From the NCBI GenBank assembly GCA_016840095.1, contig JAEOSZ010000001.1, positions 1 through 62,410 of the forward strand: a stretch of DNA of 62,410 bases, given 5' to 3'. Both the position numbers and the translations under genes were made by a program. The stretch's first letter is position 1. Each line of letters starts with the position of its first letter. The notes under the pieces were generated by a model. That model did not search any database. It was not told the origin of the DNA and was given only the letters and a program-made list of their open reading frames with translations. This DNA is from Candidatus Heimdallarchaeota archaeon (GTDB lineage: Archaea; Asgardarchaeota; Heimdallarchaeia; Heimdallarchaeales; Heimdallarchaeaceae). Positions 1-9,364 of this stretch are shown here, in pieces.

Positions 1-126
1 TCACATCGACCTCACGGCTTGCTACCTCGATGTCGGCTCTTCCTAGCTTGGTGGTGATTCAGCCGCCAAGAGTGGGGTTGTTCGCCCATTAAAAGGGAAC
101 GTGAGCTGGGTTTAGACCGTTGTGAG

Positions 127-285
127 ATGGATTTAAGCTATAGTGAAGTTCTGTAGAAGTAGGCTAGTAATAGATACTTCAATTGAACTTCATCCAAGTA
201 TGTAAAAGTCTTTGATAGTTGTAAACCCCCCTTACGGGAAATCCCTTCTATCTAAGATCAATACTCGGGCTTAAATTCACGCAAA
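127..285 (+). other. Archaeal bulge-helix-bulge (BHB) type intron in 23S rRNA helix 93 (about E. coli 2599/2600), no homing endonuclease ORF
   Basis: Removing 127-285 restores GTGAG|ACAGG. Terminal stem 128-139/268-279, 4-bp central helix TGTG(121-124)/CGCA(280-283), 3-nt bulges AGA(125-127) and AAA(284-286). Confidence 0.9.
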
Positions 286-472
286 ACAGGTTGGATTCTA
301 TCTGATGGTGCTGGCGGGCGATTGAGAGTAAAGTCTCCACAGTACGAGAGGAACAGGCGGCTGGGGCCTCTGGTGTACCGGTTATCCTAAAGGGTATTGC
401 CGGGTAGCTAAGCCCTCGTAGATAAGAGCGGAATGCATCAACGCTCGAAGCTACTCTCGAAACGAGTCGCCC

Positions 473-523
473 ACTCTGTAACCACATGAGGGGCCTGGTG
501 ACAGTAACCTTAGGTTATAGATG
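473..523 (+). other. Expanded H98/ES39 region of 23S rRNA
   Basis: About 50 nt between the GGGCGATT/AGTCGCCC helix and H99. Contains hairpins CTGTAACCA/TGGTGACAG and TAACC/GGTTA. Confidence 0.6.
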
Positions 524-755
524 AGAGCGCGGAAAGAAGATCCGGTTGATAGAATTGGGGTGTACGCGTCGAGCTTCGGCGAGATGTTTAGCCCACAATC
601 ACTAATTGCTCAAGCGTAGATAGGTAAAATAGGAATCGGTTCGTCAGATTCTAGGAGAGTTATTGTCAGCTAACTTTGGTTTACTGAAACTTTTTTCATT
701 TTTTATAGATTGGTAAGATTTTTATCTAATAGTTATTTTAGTTAAATGACAAGAA

Positions 756-1301
756 ATGATGAAGAATAATTCACTTTGGCATCAAATTGAGACAGGACCA
801 AATCCTCCTGAAGAAGTATATGTTATTATTGAAAATCCTAAAAATAACAGAAACAAGTATGAATTAGGTAAGGATGGAGTTATCTATTTAGATCGTGTAC
901 TACATTCTGCTGTACATTTTCCTGGAGACTATGGATTAATCCCTCAGACATACTTTGAGGATGGTGATGCCTTAGATGTTCTAGTTTTAATTTCTGAACC
1001 TACATTTACTGGTTGTGTACTTAAAGCTAGACCTATAGGTATGATAAGGATGAAGGATGAAAAGGGACATGATGATAAGATTTTAGCAGTTGCATCTAAA
1101 GATCCATTCTTCCAAAGTGTATATAGCTTAGATGATGTATACCCGCATACATTGAATGAAATTGCTGAATTCTTTAAAACCTATAAAGGACTTGAATATG
1201 GAAAGGAAGTTGAAGTGGTTGGTTGGGATTCAAAAGAGGAAGCATTCAAAACAATAAGCCATTCGATGAAATTATACAAGGAATTATTTGATGAAAAATA
1301 A
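756..1301 (+). CDS. ppa: Inorganic pyrophosphatase (family I)
   Basis: NKYE, LDRVL, YGLIPQT, DGDALDVLV, DDKIL motifs. Confidence 0.96.
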   Translation: MMKNNSLWHQIETGPNPPEEVYVIIENPKNNRNKYELGKDGVIYLDRVLHSAVHFPGDYGLIPQTYFEDGDALDVLVLISEPTFTGCVLKARPIGMIRMKDEKGHDDKILAVASKDPFFQSVYSLDDVYPHTLNEIAEFFKTYKGLEYGKEVEVVGWDSKEEAFKTISHSMKLYKELFDEK

Positions 1302-1433
1302 ATCATATCTGAATTCCCAAATATTTCTACATTTTTTTGAATTAATTTTCGTTGTCATAACGGAATAATTATAACCCTAGCTCATTTGAAGGTAACTCGA
1401 AAACTATTTAGTTTTAAGGAGACAGACTGTAAA

Positions 1434-3326
1434 ATGAGTCTTGAAAAGTGGATAGATAAAAAGGATTTGGAGAAGCTTAAAGCTTTGGAAAATCCTAAGG
1501 TTGAGAAAGTTATTGAAGAATATCTCACTCTTTGTAAACCAGTAAAAGCAGTGGTGATTGATGATTCACTTGAGGATATCGCTTTTGTACGCCAATTATC
1601 AATTGATAATAAGGAAGAAATGGAATTAGGTTTGGAAGGACAAACAGTACACTTTGATGGTTATTTTGATCAAGCTCGTGATAAACAAAATACACGACTT
1701 TTAGTTCCAACTGATGAGAAGGAGAAATACGGTCAGCATATCAATACAATAGACCGAGATGAGGGATTAAACGAAGTTCTAGAGATTATGGATGGAGTTA
1801 TGGAAGGAAAAACAGCAATTATTAGATTTTTCAGTCTAGGCCCAACAAATTCAAAATTTTCACTCTGTGCTTTACAAATTACAGATTCAGCTTATGTTGC
1901 TCATTCTGAAGATTTATTGTATAGACAAGGTTACGAACAGTTCAAGAGATTAGAAGGTTCAGAAGACTTTTTCTATTTCATTCATTCTGCAGGAGAGTTA
2001 ACTGACAAATATGTAACAAAGAATGTTGACAAAAGACGTATTTACATTGACTTACAAGAAAATAGAGTCTTAACAGTCAATAACCAATATGCAGGAAACA
2101 GTTTAGGTTTGAAAAAACTAGCTCTTCGTCTGGCAATAAACAAAGCAGTTCATGAAGATTGGTTAACTGAGCATATGTTCATTAGTGCTATTTGGCCATT
2201 GGATAAAAGCAGAAAGACATACTTCCTTGGAGCATTTCCAAGTGCATGTGGAAAAACAAGTACTGCTATGGTACCTGGAAATACTATTGTAGGAGATGAT
2301 ATCGCTTATCTCCGTATCTATGATAGTGGTGAAGTTAGAGCAGTTAATATAGAACGAGGAATTTTTGGTATCATCAAAGATGTCAGTCCAAAAGATGATC
2401 CAGTAATTTATGAAAGCTTAATGTCTCCCAGGGAAACTATATTCTCTAACATATTGGTTTCAGAAGGAAGACCATACTGGATGGGAATGGGTAAACAAGT
2501 ATCAATACCTGAAAGAGGAATAAATTGGACCTCTTCAAAACTTGGTGAATGGGAAGCAGGTATGTGTTGTGATGATGACGGAAACGTATTCAAATTTTCA
2601 CATCCAAACGCTCGCTACACAATAAGATTAGAAGAATTAGAAAACGTAGATGAAGCACTTCATGATCCTGATGGTGTAGAAGTTTCAGCAATTATATACG
2701 GAGGAAGAGATAGTGATACTTCTGTTCCTGTTTATGAATCTTTTAGTTGGAAACATGGTGTTTACATAGGAGCTTCTGTAGAATCTGAAACAACTGCTGC
2801 CACTTTAGGAAAAGCAGGAGTAAGAAAACATCAACCTATGGCTAATCTTGATTTCATTGTTGTGCCGCTAGGAGAGTACTTAGATGCACATTTAGATTTC
2901 GGAAAGCGAATTGCCCCAGAAAAAGTACCAAGGATATTTTCAACAAATTACTTCCTAAAAGATAAAAGAGGAAATTATATTGATGAAATTCTAGACAAGA
3001 AAATTTGGTTGCTTTGGGCTGAGAAAAGAGTTCATGGTGAATGCTCTGCAATAGAAACTCCAATAGGTTATATACCAGAATTTGAAGATATCAAGAAATT
3101 ATTCAAAGATGCTTTCGATTTCGAATACAGTAAAGAAAGATATGAAACAGAGTTTTCTATAAGAGTTCAGAAATTCTTGGAGAAAATTGAAAGAATAGAA
3201 ACAATATTCAGAAATGAAAGAGATGTTCCTAAAGAATTCTTTACAGAATTGGAAAACCAAAGAAAGAGATTACTTGAAGCTAGAGAAAAACATGGAATGG
3301 ATGTAATATCACCATTCCTTTTCTAA
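1434..3326 (+). CDS. pckG: Phosphoenolpyruvate carboxykinase (GTP)
   Basis: AFPSACGKTS, VGDDIA, HPNARY, GGRDS motifs. ATG 1434 follows AAGGAG (ORF track starts at 1386). Confidence 0.95.
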   Translation: MSLEKWIDKKDLEKLKALENPKVEKVIEEYLTLCKPVKAVVIDDSLEDIAFVRQLSIDNKEEMELGLEGQTVHFDGYFDQARDKQNTRLLVPTDEKEKYGQHINTIDRDEGLNEVLEIMDGVMEGKTAIIRFFSLGPTNSKFSLCALQITDSAYVAHSEDLLYRQGYEQFKRLEGSEDFFYFIHSAGELTDKYVTKNVDKRRIYIDLQENRVLTVNNQYAGNSLGLKKLALRLAINKAVHEDWLTEHMFISAIWPLDKSRKTYFLGAFPSACGKTSTAMVPGNTIVGDDIAYLRIYDSGEVRAVNIERGIFGIIKDVSPKDDPVIYESLMSPRETIFSNILVSEGRPYWMGMGKQVSIPERGINWTSSKLGEWEAGMCCDDDGNVFKFSHPNARYTIRLEELENVDEALHDPDGVEVSAIIYGGRDSDTSVPVYESFSWKHGVYIGASVESETTAATLGKAGVRKHQPMANLDFIVVPLGEYLDAHLDFGKRIAPEKVPRIFSTNYFLKDKRGNYIDEILDKKIWLLWAEKRVHGECSAIETPIGYIPEFEDIKKLFKDAFDFEYSKERYETEFSIRVQKFLEKIERIETIFRNERDVPKEFFTELENQRKRLLEAREKHGMDVISPFLF

Positions 3327-3396
3327 TTTTAACATAACATACCATGAAACAATTGTGGAGAATAAATAGTAAAGTAAAGATATATTACTGATTAAA

Positions 3397-3612
3397 TTGA
3401 CTCTAAGCTATGGCTACAAAGATGAAGAGGAGAAAAAGAAGATCAGTAAATTTGCAATTATCAACTGTGCTATTGGAATACCCACAATTTCTTTTTTAAT
3501 TTTATTTTTGGCTAAAGGATTTTTATCTAACTATGTTGCTTTGACAAGTTCAGCTATAGGATTACTATCACTTGGTATCGCTTATTCCATCTACAAAATG
3601 ATTAGAAAATAG
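3397..3612 (+). CDS. Small two-TM membrane protein, unknown function
   Basis: 71 aa with two hydrophobic segments. Confidence 0.5.
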   Translation: MTLSYGYKDEEEKKKISKFAIINCAIGIPTISFLILFLAKGFLSNYVALTSSAIGLLSLGIAYSIYKMIRK

Positions 3613-3728
3613 GCTATTTTTTACAATCCATTTTTTCTATTGAAAATTGTTCTAGACACAGTTTAAAGCAACTTTTAATATGGTATTTTCACCTCAAACA
3701 GCTGATTTATCGAAAAGTACGGCTTAAA

Positions 3729-3802
3729 CCGACAAAAAGCGTGTAATTTCATTCTGTAAGCTCATAATTTCGGCATTCCAAGCTCAATAAGCTTTTTGTC
3801 GG
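3729..3802. repeat. Perfect 12-bp inverted repeat CCGACAAAAAGC / GCTTTTTGTCGG
   Basis: Arms at 3729-3740 and 3791-3802 in a ~400-bp intergenic region. Confidence 0.75.
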
Positions 3803-4008
3803 GAGTTTTACAAAGAGATATTCTATCAAGAGGATTTCAGCTTAATAATATCATTCTAGGAAAGATGAAAAAAACAGCTAAATAAACCGCAATCAAATAT
3901 CTAGATAAAGGCTGTAATCACACAATATTATTCCAAGTTTAAATATTCAATTAAACAGTATAAGGTAATACAGAATATGTATTAGTTAATCTGCGTGTGT
4001 GAGATGTT

Positions 4009-4944
4009 ATGAAATATGTCCCAAAGCACTATCTATTATCTAATCCAGTGTTTTGGGACCCAATTTTTATCAGATGGGATTATACTGAATCGATATTACT
4101 AACAGCTTATGATCTATTAAGAAACGATAAAATAATCTATTCTTTACATAGTGAATCATTAACACTTAAAGAGCTAATGAGGGAGAATGGTTTTCCTAAA
4201 GACACTAAAATTCTAGCAGACACAGGAATTTTCATGCTTGAATGGTTTAAACTAGTTAAAGGGAAAACATTTAGTCAAGACCACTCAAGAATCACTTTAC
4301 CAATTGAAGAAGTGCTTGAAGCTTACGAATTGATAGATCCAGATTTAATGATAGCTCCTGATGAAATTATACTACCAAAGGACTCTGACAAAGTAATACA
4401 ACAGAAAATAGAAAGAATGAAGACAAATATTATTCAAACTCTAGAACGTTTTCCAAAGAGTAACGTGATAGGAGTCATCCAAGGAGTTACCAATAGCATA
4501 ATGGATGAATTGTATGAATTTGAGAAAGAGCATGGAATTTCAATATTCGCTCGGGGAGGGCTCATACCTATCAAAAGAAAAAACAATTTGTATTGCGATA
4601 CAATTAGATATTCTAGAGAATTAACAAAAGAAAGTTATCTTCATGCATTTGGAATAGTGGATCTAAATCAAATCAAATGCTATGGAAGATGTGCGGATAT
4701 TGATTCATTTGATAGTACTATTGCAAGAGCTTTAACTGCAGAATTATTTTTTGTTGATGATAATCTCATAAAACATAGGTTTAGTGAGGATGTCCTAACT
4801 AAATGTGAATGCTATTTTTGTGATAGATTAAGATCACTACGTCTGGAAAACTATGAATATCCAGGACGATCTGTTTTGGAAAAACTGTATCTCCATAATG
4901 TAATTTCAATCTATAATTACTGTGACAATGTAAAATGCTTCTAA
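4009..4944 (+). CDS. tRNA-guanine transglycosylase-like protein (divergent TGT paralog)
   Basis: ILADTG, APDE, GVIQG, GGLIP, LHAFG, DSFDS and CxCxxC...HN zinc site. Confidence 0.8.
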   Translation: MKYVPKHYLLSNPVFWDPIFIRWDYTESILLTAYDLLRNDKIIYSLHSESLTLKELMRENGFPKDTKILADTGIFMLEWFKLVKGKTFSQDHSRITLPIEEVLEAYELIDPDLMIAPDEIILPKDSDKVIQQKIERMKTNIIQTLERFPKSNVIGVIQGVTNSIMDELYEFEKEHGISIFARGGLIPIKRKNNLYCDTIRYSRELTKESYLHAFGIVDLNQIKCYGRCADIDSFDSTIARALTAELFFVDDNLIKHRFSEDVLTKCECYFCDRLRSLRLENYEYPGRSVLEKLYLHNVISIYNYCDNVKCF

Positions 4945-5085
4945 TGAGATAACGAAAGGTTTTACGTTAAAATTAAAAAGATATGGAGAAGGAAATATTA
5001 CATAAATAATACATTAATAATTCTAGCTTAATACACTATGTTTCTGCTGGTAATCTTTTTAACTCAAATATCTTCACATCAATTA

Positions 5086-5619
5086 ATGCTGGACGAAATA
5101 AGAGAACTACTAAAACGAATTGATCAGATCGTTGAATCTGAAGTAAGAAGAAAAGAAGATCAAATAGATGATCTTAAAGAAAGAATTAGTATGTTTCAAG
5201 ATTCAGAAGAGAATTTAACATCTATTCATTCACAGGTTAAGGAAATTACAATTGAATTAGATACTTTCAAAGAAAGAAGCAGAGAATTACAAAGAAAAAT
5301 AGATGAACTCTCACCTCTAGAAGAAAGATGTACTTCTTTGGAAGAACAAACTAAGAAATTAAAACTTCAACAGGAGGGATATATCTTTACAATTAAAGTA
5401 ATTTCAAAATGGATCCCAAGCCAGAAGGAAAATATAGATGTTCTTGTTGCATTGGCATCATCCCCAAATCATCAATCAACTTTCAAGAGTCTGCATAAAG
5501 AAACAACAATACCTGCTGTTACTTTGAAGAACAGAGTGATGCCAATACTGGCTGACAACTCTTTAGTAAAAATAGATGGAGATAAAATAACTTTGACTAT
5601 TTCTGAGCTAGAAGATTAA
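5086..5619 (+). CDS. Coiled-coil protein with probable C-terminal winged-helix domain
   Basis: Heptad-rich N-terminus, then TFKSLHKETTIPAVTLKNRVMPILADNSLV. Start uncertain (5038 or 5086). Confidence 0.6.
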   Translation: MLDEIRELLKRIDQIVESEVRRKEDQIDDLKERISMFQDSEENLTSIHSQVKEITIELDTFKERSRELQRKIDELSPLEERCTSLEEQTKKLKLQQEGYIFTIKVISKWIPSQKENIDVLVALASSPNHQSTFKSLHKETTIPAVTLKNRVMPILADNSLVKIDGDKITLTISELED

Positions 5620-5676
5620 TAATTTGCGTGCGAAGTTCCATAAAATTAAATAAGACTAAGAATAAACTATTCTTAC

Positions 5677-6489
5677 ATGATGAAACTTGTCAAATCAAAG
5701 CGAGGAGTATCCAATATTATATCCACCCTTGTTATATTTACTGTAATGGTTAGTGCTTTAGGTCTAGCTTTTTCACAGGTGGTTCCCTCTCTAGAAAGAT
5801 TTCAAACAGAAAGTGATATGATAACAGCAACAAATTCGTTTCTATCATTTGACTCAGAAATTAAAAAACTAATCTCAGCTCCTGGTAACACATCAAGCGT
5901 AATTAGGTATAATGTAGATAGTGGAATTCTTGATTTGACAGAAGAAATAGAAAATCAGCTAACTATTACTTCAGGAGGAGTGCAATTATTTAATTATACA
6001 TACTCTCCAGGTGAAGTTCATTACAGACTTGATGGCAATTTTAAGGGCTCTGGAGGTCAAATTTATGTATTCGGAAACCCAAATTTGTTAGTATATTCCA
6101 TTAATAGAACTACACAGATTACTAATATTGCTCATCAATCATTTGATGGATATAAAGTGTTGAGATTATTCTACAGCGCCTACATTAATATAGAAAAAGT
6201 AACTGATACAGAAATTGAAATTAATTTTATGATTTTCAATTTGAAAACAACTAAGACTGTTGAAGGACAAGGTGAATATTTCCCAATAATCAATACTGCA
6301 AGTAAAATTATGATTACAAAAGAAAGCCAAACAACAGATTTTTATGATTTAGGAACAAGAAATGATGATCTAAGTATAACAGCTTCATCAACTGGATTCT
6401 TACAAAATATTGTTTATCCAATTGCTCCGGAAACATTTCATTTGACACTAAACATAGTCCAAATAAACATAGATTTTAGTACAGTTTAG
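5677..6489 (+). CDS. Type IV pilin-like protein with class III signal peptide
   Basis: KRG|VSNIISTLVIFTVMVSALGLAF N-terminus followed by a beta-rich domain. Confidence 0.8.
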   Translation: MMKLVKSKRGVSNIISTLVIFTVMVSALGLAFSQVVPSLERFQTESDMITATNSFLSFDSEIKKLISAPGNTSSVIRYNVDSGILDLTEEIENQLTITSGGVQLFNYTYSPGEVHYRLDGNFKGSGGQIYVFGNPNLLVYSINRTTQITNIAHQSFDGYKVLRLFYSAYINIEKVTDTEIEINFMIFNLKTTKTVEGQGEYFPIINTASKIMITKESQTTDFYDLGTRNDDLSITASSTGFLQNIVYPIAPETFHLTLNIVQINIDFSTV

Positions 6490-6560
6490 AAAACCATCAC
6501 TGGTTTTTCTTTTATATAATTCAAAGATGTATTTATATTATCGAAAAGTCATATTATACC

Positions 6561-6634
6561 AGCGAAGTTTTCTCGTGTGGGACTAGACTTATGGTATAGA
6601 GCCTTGGATGAAAGTCTCACTTCGAAACTTCGCT
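6561..6634 (+). ncRNA. Candidate hairpin small RNA
   Basis: AGCGAAGTTT/AAACTTCGCT and GTGGGACT/AGTCTCAC stems, TTTATA ~25 nt upstream, T-rich tail. Confidence 0.55.
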
Positions 6635-6706
6635 ATCATTTCTATTTCTACTCAAAATAAATATGTTCATAAAGGTTTAACATTGAATATTTGTTGGTTA
6701 TTTCAT

Positions 6707-7498
6707 ATGGACCAAATAGTGAGATTTGATAAGGTATCAAAAAAATTTCAATTGTTTTGGGAAGATGTAGTTATCTTCGAAGAAGTAAATCTAGATATCA
6801 GTAGAAACGAGCTTGTGCTCCTTTATGGTCCAAGTGGAAGTGGAAAAACAACCCTACTTAATCTCTTAACTGGATTATTGCATCCAGATGAAGGTGAGAT
6901 ACAAGTAGCTGGGTTATTTATTGATCTAATACCTGAAAAGGAAAAATCAGATTTTAGATCAAATTACTTTGGTCTAGTATTTCAAGAAAACAATCTAGTA
7001 TCAACTCTAACTGTAAAGGAAAATATCATTCTCTTTCAGGAACTATGTGGTTTTGAAACTGAGGGAAAGGAAGAAAAGATTGACTTACTATTAGAGAAGC
7101 TTGGCATAGATCATAGAAAAGATAGTTTTCCTGCTCAGCTTAGTGGTGGGGAGAAGAAAAGAGTTGCCATAGCAAGAGCATTATCAAATGATCCTTTTAT
7201 TCTCATTTTAGATGAACCAACTGGTAATCTTGATAGAGAATCAGCTGTCGAGCTTTGTAATATGATAGAGGAGCTCTTCTTAACGACAGATATCACAATA
7301 ATAGTTGCTTCACACGATGAAAAAATGAATGATATCGCAACATTAGTGTATAGAGTTGGAGAAAAACAAGTCAAACTAGAAGATGAATATAATGAAAGAA
7401 GGAAGGGAGAAGAAATGAAATATCGTCCAATAGACTCTCTAGAAAGAGGAAAGGAAGATATGTTCTTGGAAGAAGAAATGTTAGACTTAGAAGAGTAA
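6707..7498 (+). CDS. ABC transporter ATP-binding protein (LolD/MacB-like)
   Basis: GPSGSGKTT, LSGGEKKRVAIARAL, ILDEPT, SHD. Likely start ATG 6707. Confidence 0.93.
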   Translation: MDQIVRFDKVSKKFQLFWEDVVIFEEVNLDISRNELVLLYGPSGSGKTTLLNLLTGLLHPDEGEIQVAGLFIDLIPEKEKSDFRSNYFGLVFQENNLVSTLTVKENIILFQELCGFETEGKEEKIDLLLEKLGIDHRKDSFPAQLSGGEKKRVAIARALSNDPFILILDEPTGNLDRESAVELCNMIEELFLTTDITIIVASHDEKMNDIATLVYRVGEKQVKLEDEYNERRKGEEMKYRPIDSLERGKEDMFLEEEMLDLEE

Positions 7499-7520
7499 GA
7501 AAAGACTAGAAGTTGATATT

Positions 7521-9353
7521 ATGATTGGTCAAATGAGGTTTGCTTGGATTAGTTTCAAACGTTCATTTCTAGCTTCAATATTCTCATTTGTTAGTCAAAT
7601 TGTTACATATTCAGCAATATCAATAAGTATAGCAATATTTTCTATAGTAAAACCATTTCTAAATTGGTCGGTAAACAGTGTTTTCTATAAATCATATGTT
7701 ATAATGGGTATTTTGTTCATAGTAGTAAGTATAGTGATTGGAGCGGTTGTAACAGCAAGATCAATTGATTTGAAATTTATGAGTCAAAAGGATGATATTG
7801 CAATAATGAAAAATGTAGGAGGAAAAAACAGATGGATCTATAGTTACTTTATCTTTAATCAAATATTGACATCTGTAATTATGTTATTATTTGGAATAAT
7901 AATATCTCTCGTTCTAATTGCAATAATATTTAATTCATTCAAATTTGGATATCTGTTCAATTTCATCAGATTTATGCCAATTTTAGGAGCAAATATAGCA
8001 ATTCTAGTAGTATCGTACATAAAATCACATTATACAATAATCAAATTTATTGAAGAGAAAAATTTTGAAGTCTCATCAGGAAAACTGAGTTCCTACAAAA
8101 GTATCTTTGAATTTAATGTATTACTAACAAAAGTAAAAACTGTTAGAAAAATAGCAACTAAGAATTATCTTAGATCAGGAAAGATTGTAGCAAGCTTTAT
8201 GTTCAGTTTCTTTCTAGCATTTTCTTCAATATCCTTTGCTCTAGGACCTGTTGCACTAGCTGAAACATATAATCATCATTTAGATAATCGATTCCATGAT
8301 AGTACGTATGTAATAGGGGCAGAAGGGGTTATAGATTATTATAGTTCAAATTTTGGTGCTCAAAAATATGTTAATGATTCCTATATAGGTGAGCTTGAAG
8401 ATTTTAACTTCTTCAAAGATAGATCAGTTAATTCAAGTTTTATTAGTGATATCGAAAGCATAGGAGTAAGTATTCAGGAACTATTCTTGACGAAACTAGA
8501 AGTAAAAGAAATTCCTGTACTAGATATTGAACTTGGAGGATACAATGTAATTGGTATGAATAGAACATTCTATGCAACAATAATAGGTTACCAAGATGCA
8601 AGTATATTTGAGAACTTATTGCTTTGGGGATCTTTACCAGGAACAAATGAAGTAGTCATTGGGGACACTTTAGATAAGACAATCTTTGAAAATAGTACCG
8701 TACAGAGCATTAAGCTGACAGAAAATTCCAGTAAATATGACATAAGTGCTGTAGTTTTAGATGTATATGCTGCAGGATTTACTGTATATGTACCATTGAG
8801 TAAACTAGATAGTGAAACAATTTCTAATGGTCCCAATCTAATTATGCTTGAAGATCTAAACGAGACAGAATATTCATCAGTAGAGAGTTTGGTCAATTCA
8901 AACGGATATGTTATTAGAAAAATAGAAGATTTACTAAAAGAAAACATCAAGGAATACGACAATTTCACCTATATGTTTGATACACTAGGGGTTATTCTAT
9001 TTAGTATATTTACTTTTCAACTGATAGTGTTTGTATTCTTATATTATTTAACATACAAAAAAGACTATGAGCTACTGTATAAATTGGGGATTGAGAAAAA
9101 GAAAATTTCACAAATAAACGTTAGTTCAGCCATGCTTCAATTAATACCAGGAATATTGTTTGGAACCTATTTTGGGTCTATAATCACAAGATACTTTCTA
9201 GTACCATATGCGAAACTAGCTTATTATTTTGCTTTCCTGTTTGGGATAATTATCTGGTTTATCCTGGTAGGATATCTGGGATCCAGAATGGCTAGTAGGA
9301 AAGGTCTGAAAAATATCTATGATACTCTTTATAGAAATAAAACACATAAGTAG
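7521..9353 (+). CDS. ABC transporter permease, FtsX/MacB family
   Basis: Duplicated TM blocks with DIAIMKNVGG and LLYKLGIEKKKI motifs, next to the ATPase. Confidence 0.85.
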   Translation: MIGQMRFAWISFKRSFLASIFSFVSQIVTYSAISISIAIFSIVKPFLNWSVNSVFYKSYVIMGILFIVVSIVIGAVVTARSIDLKFMSQKDDIAIMKNVGGKNRWIYSYFIFNQILTSVIMLLFGIIISLVLIAIIFNSFKFGYLFNFIRFMPILGANIAILVVSYIKSHYTIIKFIEEKNFEVSSGKLSSYKSIFEFNVLLTKVKTVRKIATKNYLRSGKIVASFMFSFFLAFSSISFALGPVALAETYNHHLDNRFHDSTYVIGAEGVIDYYSSNFGAQKYVNDSYIGELEDFNFFKDRSVNSSFISDIESIGVSIQELFLTKLEVKEIPVLDIELGGYNVIGMNRTFYATIIGYQDASIFENLLLWGSLPGTNEVVIGDTLDKTIFENSTVQSIKLTENSSKYDISAVVLDVYAAGFTVYVPLSKLDSETISNGPNLIMLEDLNETEYSSVESLVNSNGYVIRKIEDLLKENIKEYDNFTYMFDTLGVILFSIFTFQLIVFVFLYYLTYKKDYELLYKLGIEKKKISQINVSSAMLQLIPGILFGTYFGSIITRYFLVPYAKLAYYFAFLFGIIIWFILVGYLGSRMASRKGLKNIYDTLYRNKTHK

Positions 9354-9364
9354 ATGCTAATATC

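Larger units (their letters stand above)
1..620 (+). rRNA. rrl: 23S rRNA, 3' part (domains V-VI), interrupted by an intron at 127-285; 3' end approximate
   Basis: Universal LSU motifs: CTCGATGTCGGCTC, GAGCTGGGTTTAGACCGT, sarcin-ricin loop AGTACGAGAGGAAC (341-354), TTGATAG. No 5S gene follows. Confidence 0.97.

Noticed and set aside
127-285. Group I intron or retained expansion segment
   Set aside because: No recognisable P7 core or terminal G, the BHB geometry explains the junctions, and H93 is unlikely to tolerate a retained insert.
248-487. 79-aa minus-strand ORF as an intron-encoded protein
   Set aside because: Antisense to 23S rRNA, mostly in exon, no LAGLIDADG or HNH motif.
6571-6625. 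Pocket complementarity to 23S TCGAAACGAG (457-466) or the sarcin-ricin loop
   Set aside because: Only 5-6 bp per side and no unpaired target U in H/ACA geometry, so likely chance.
6608-6706. N-terminal extension of the ABC ATPase
   Set aside because: Overlaps the hairpin and promoter; the domain begins at ATG 6707.
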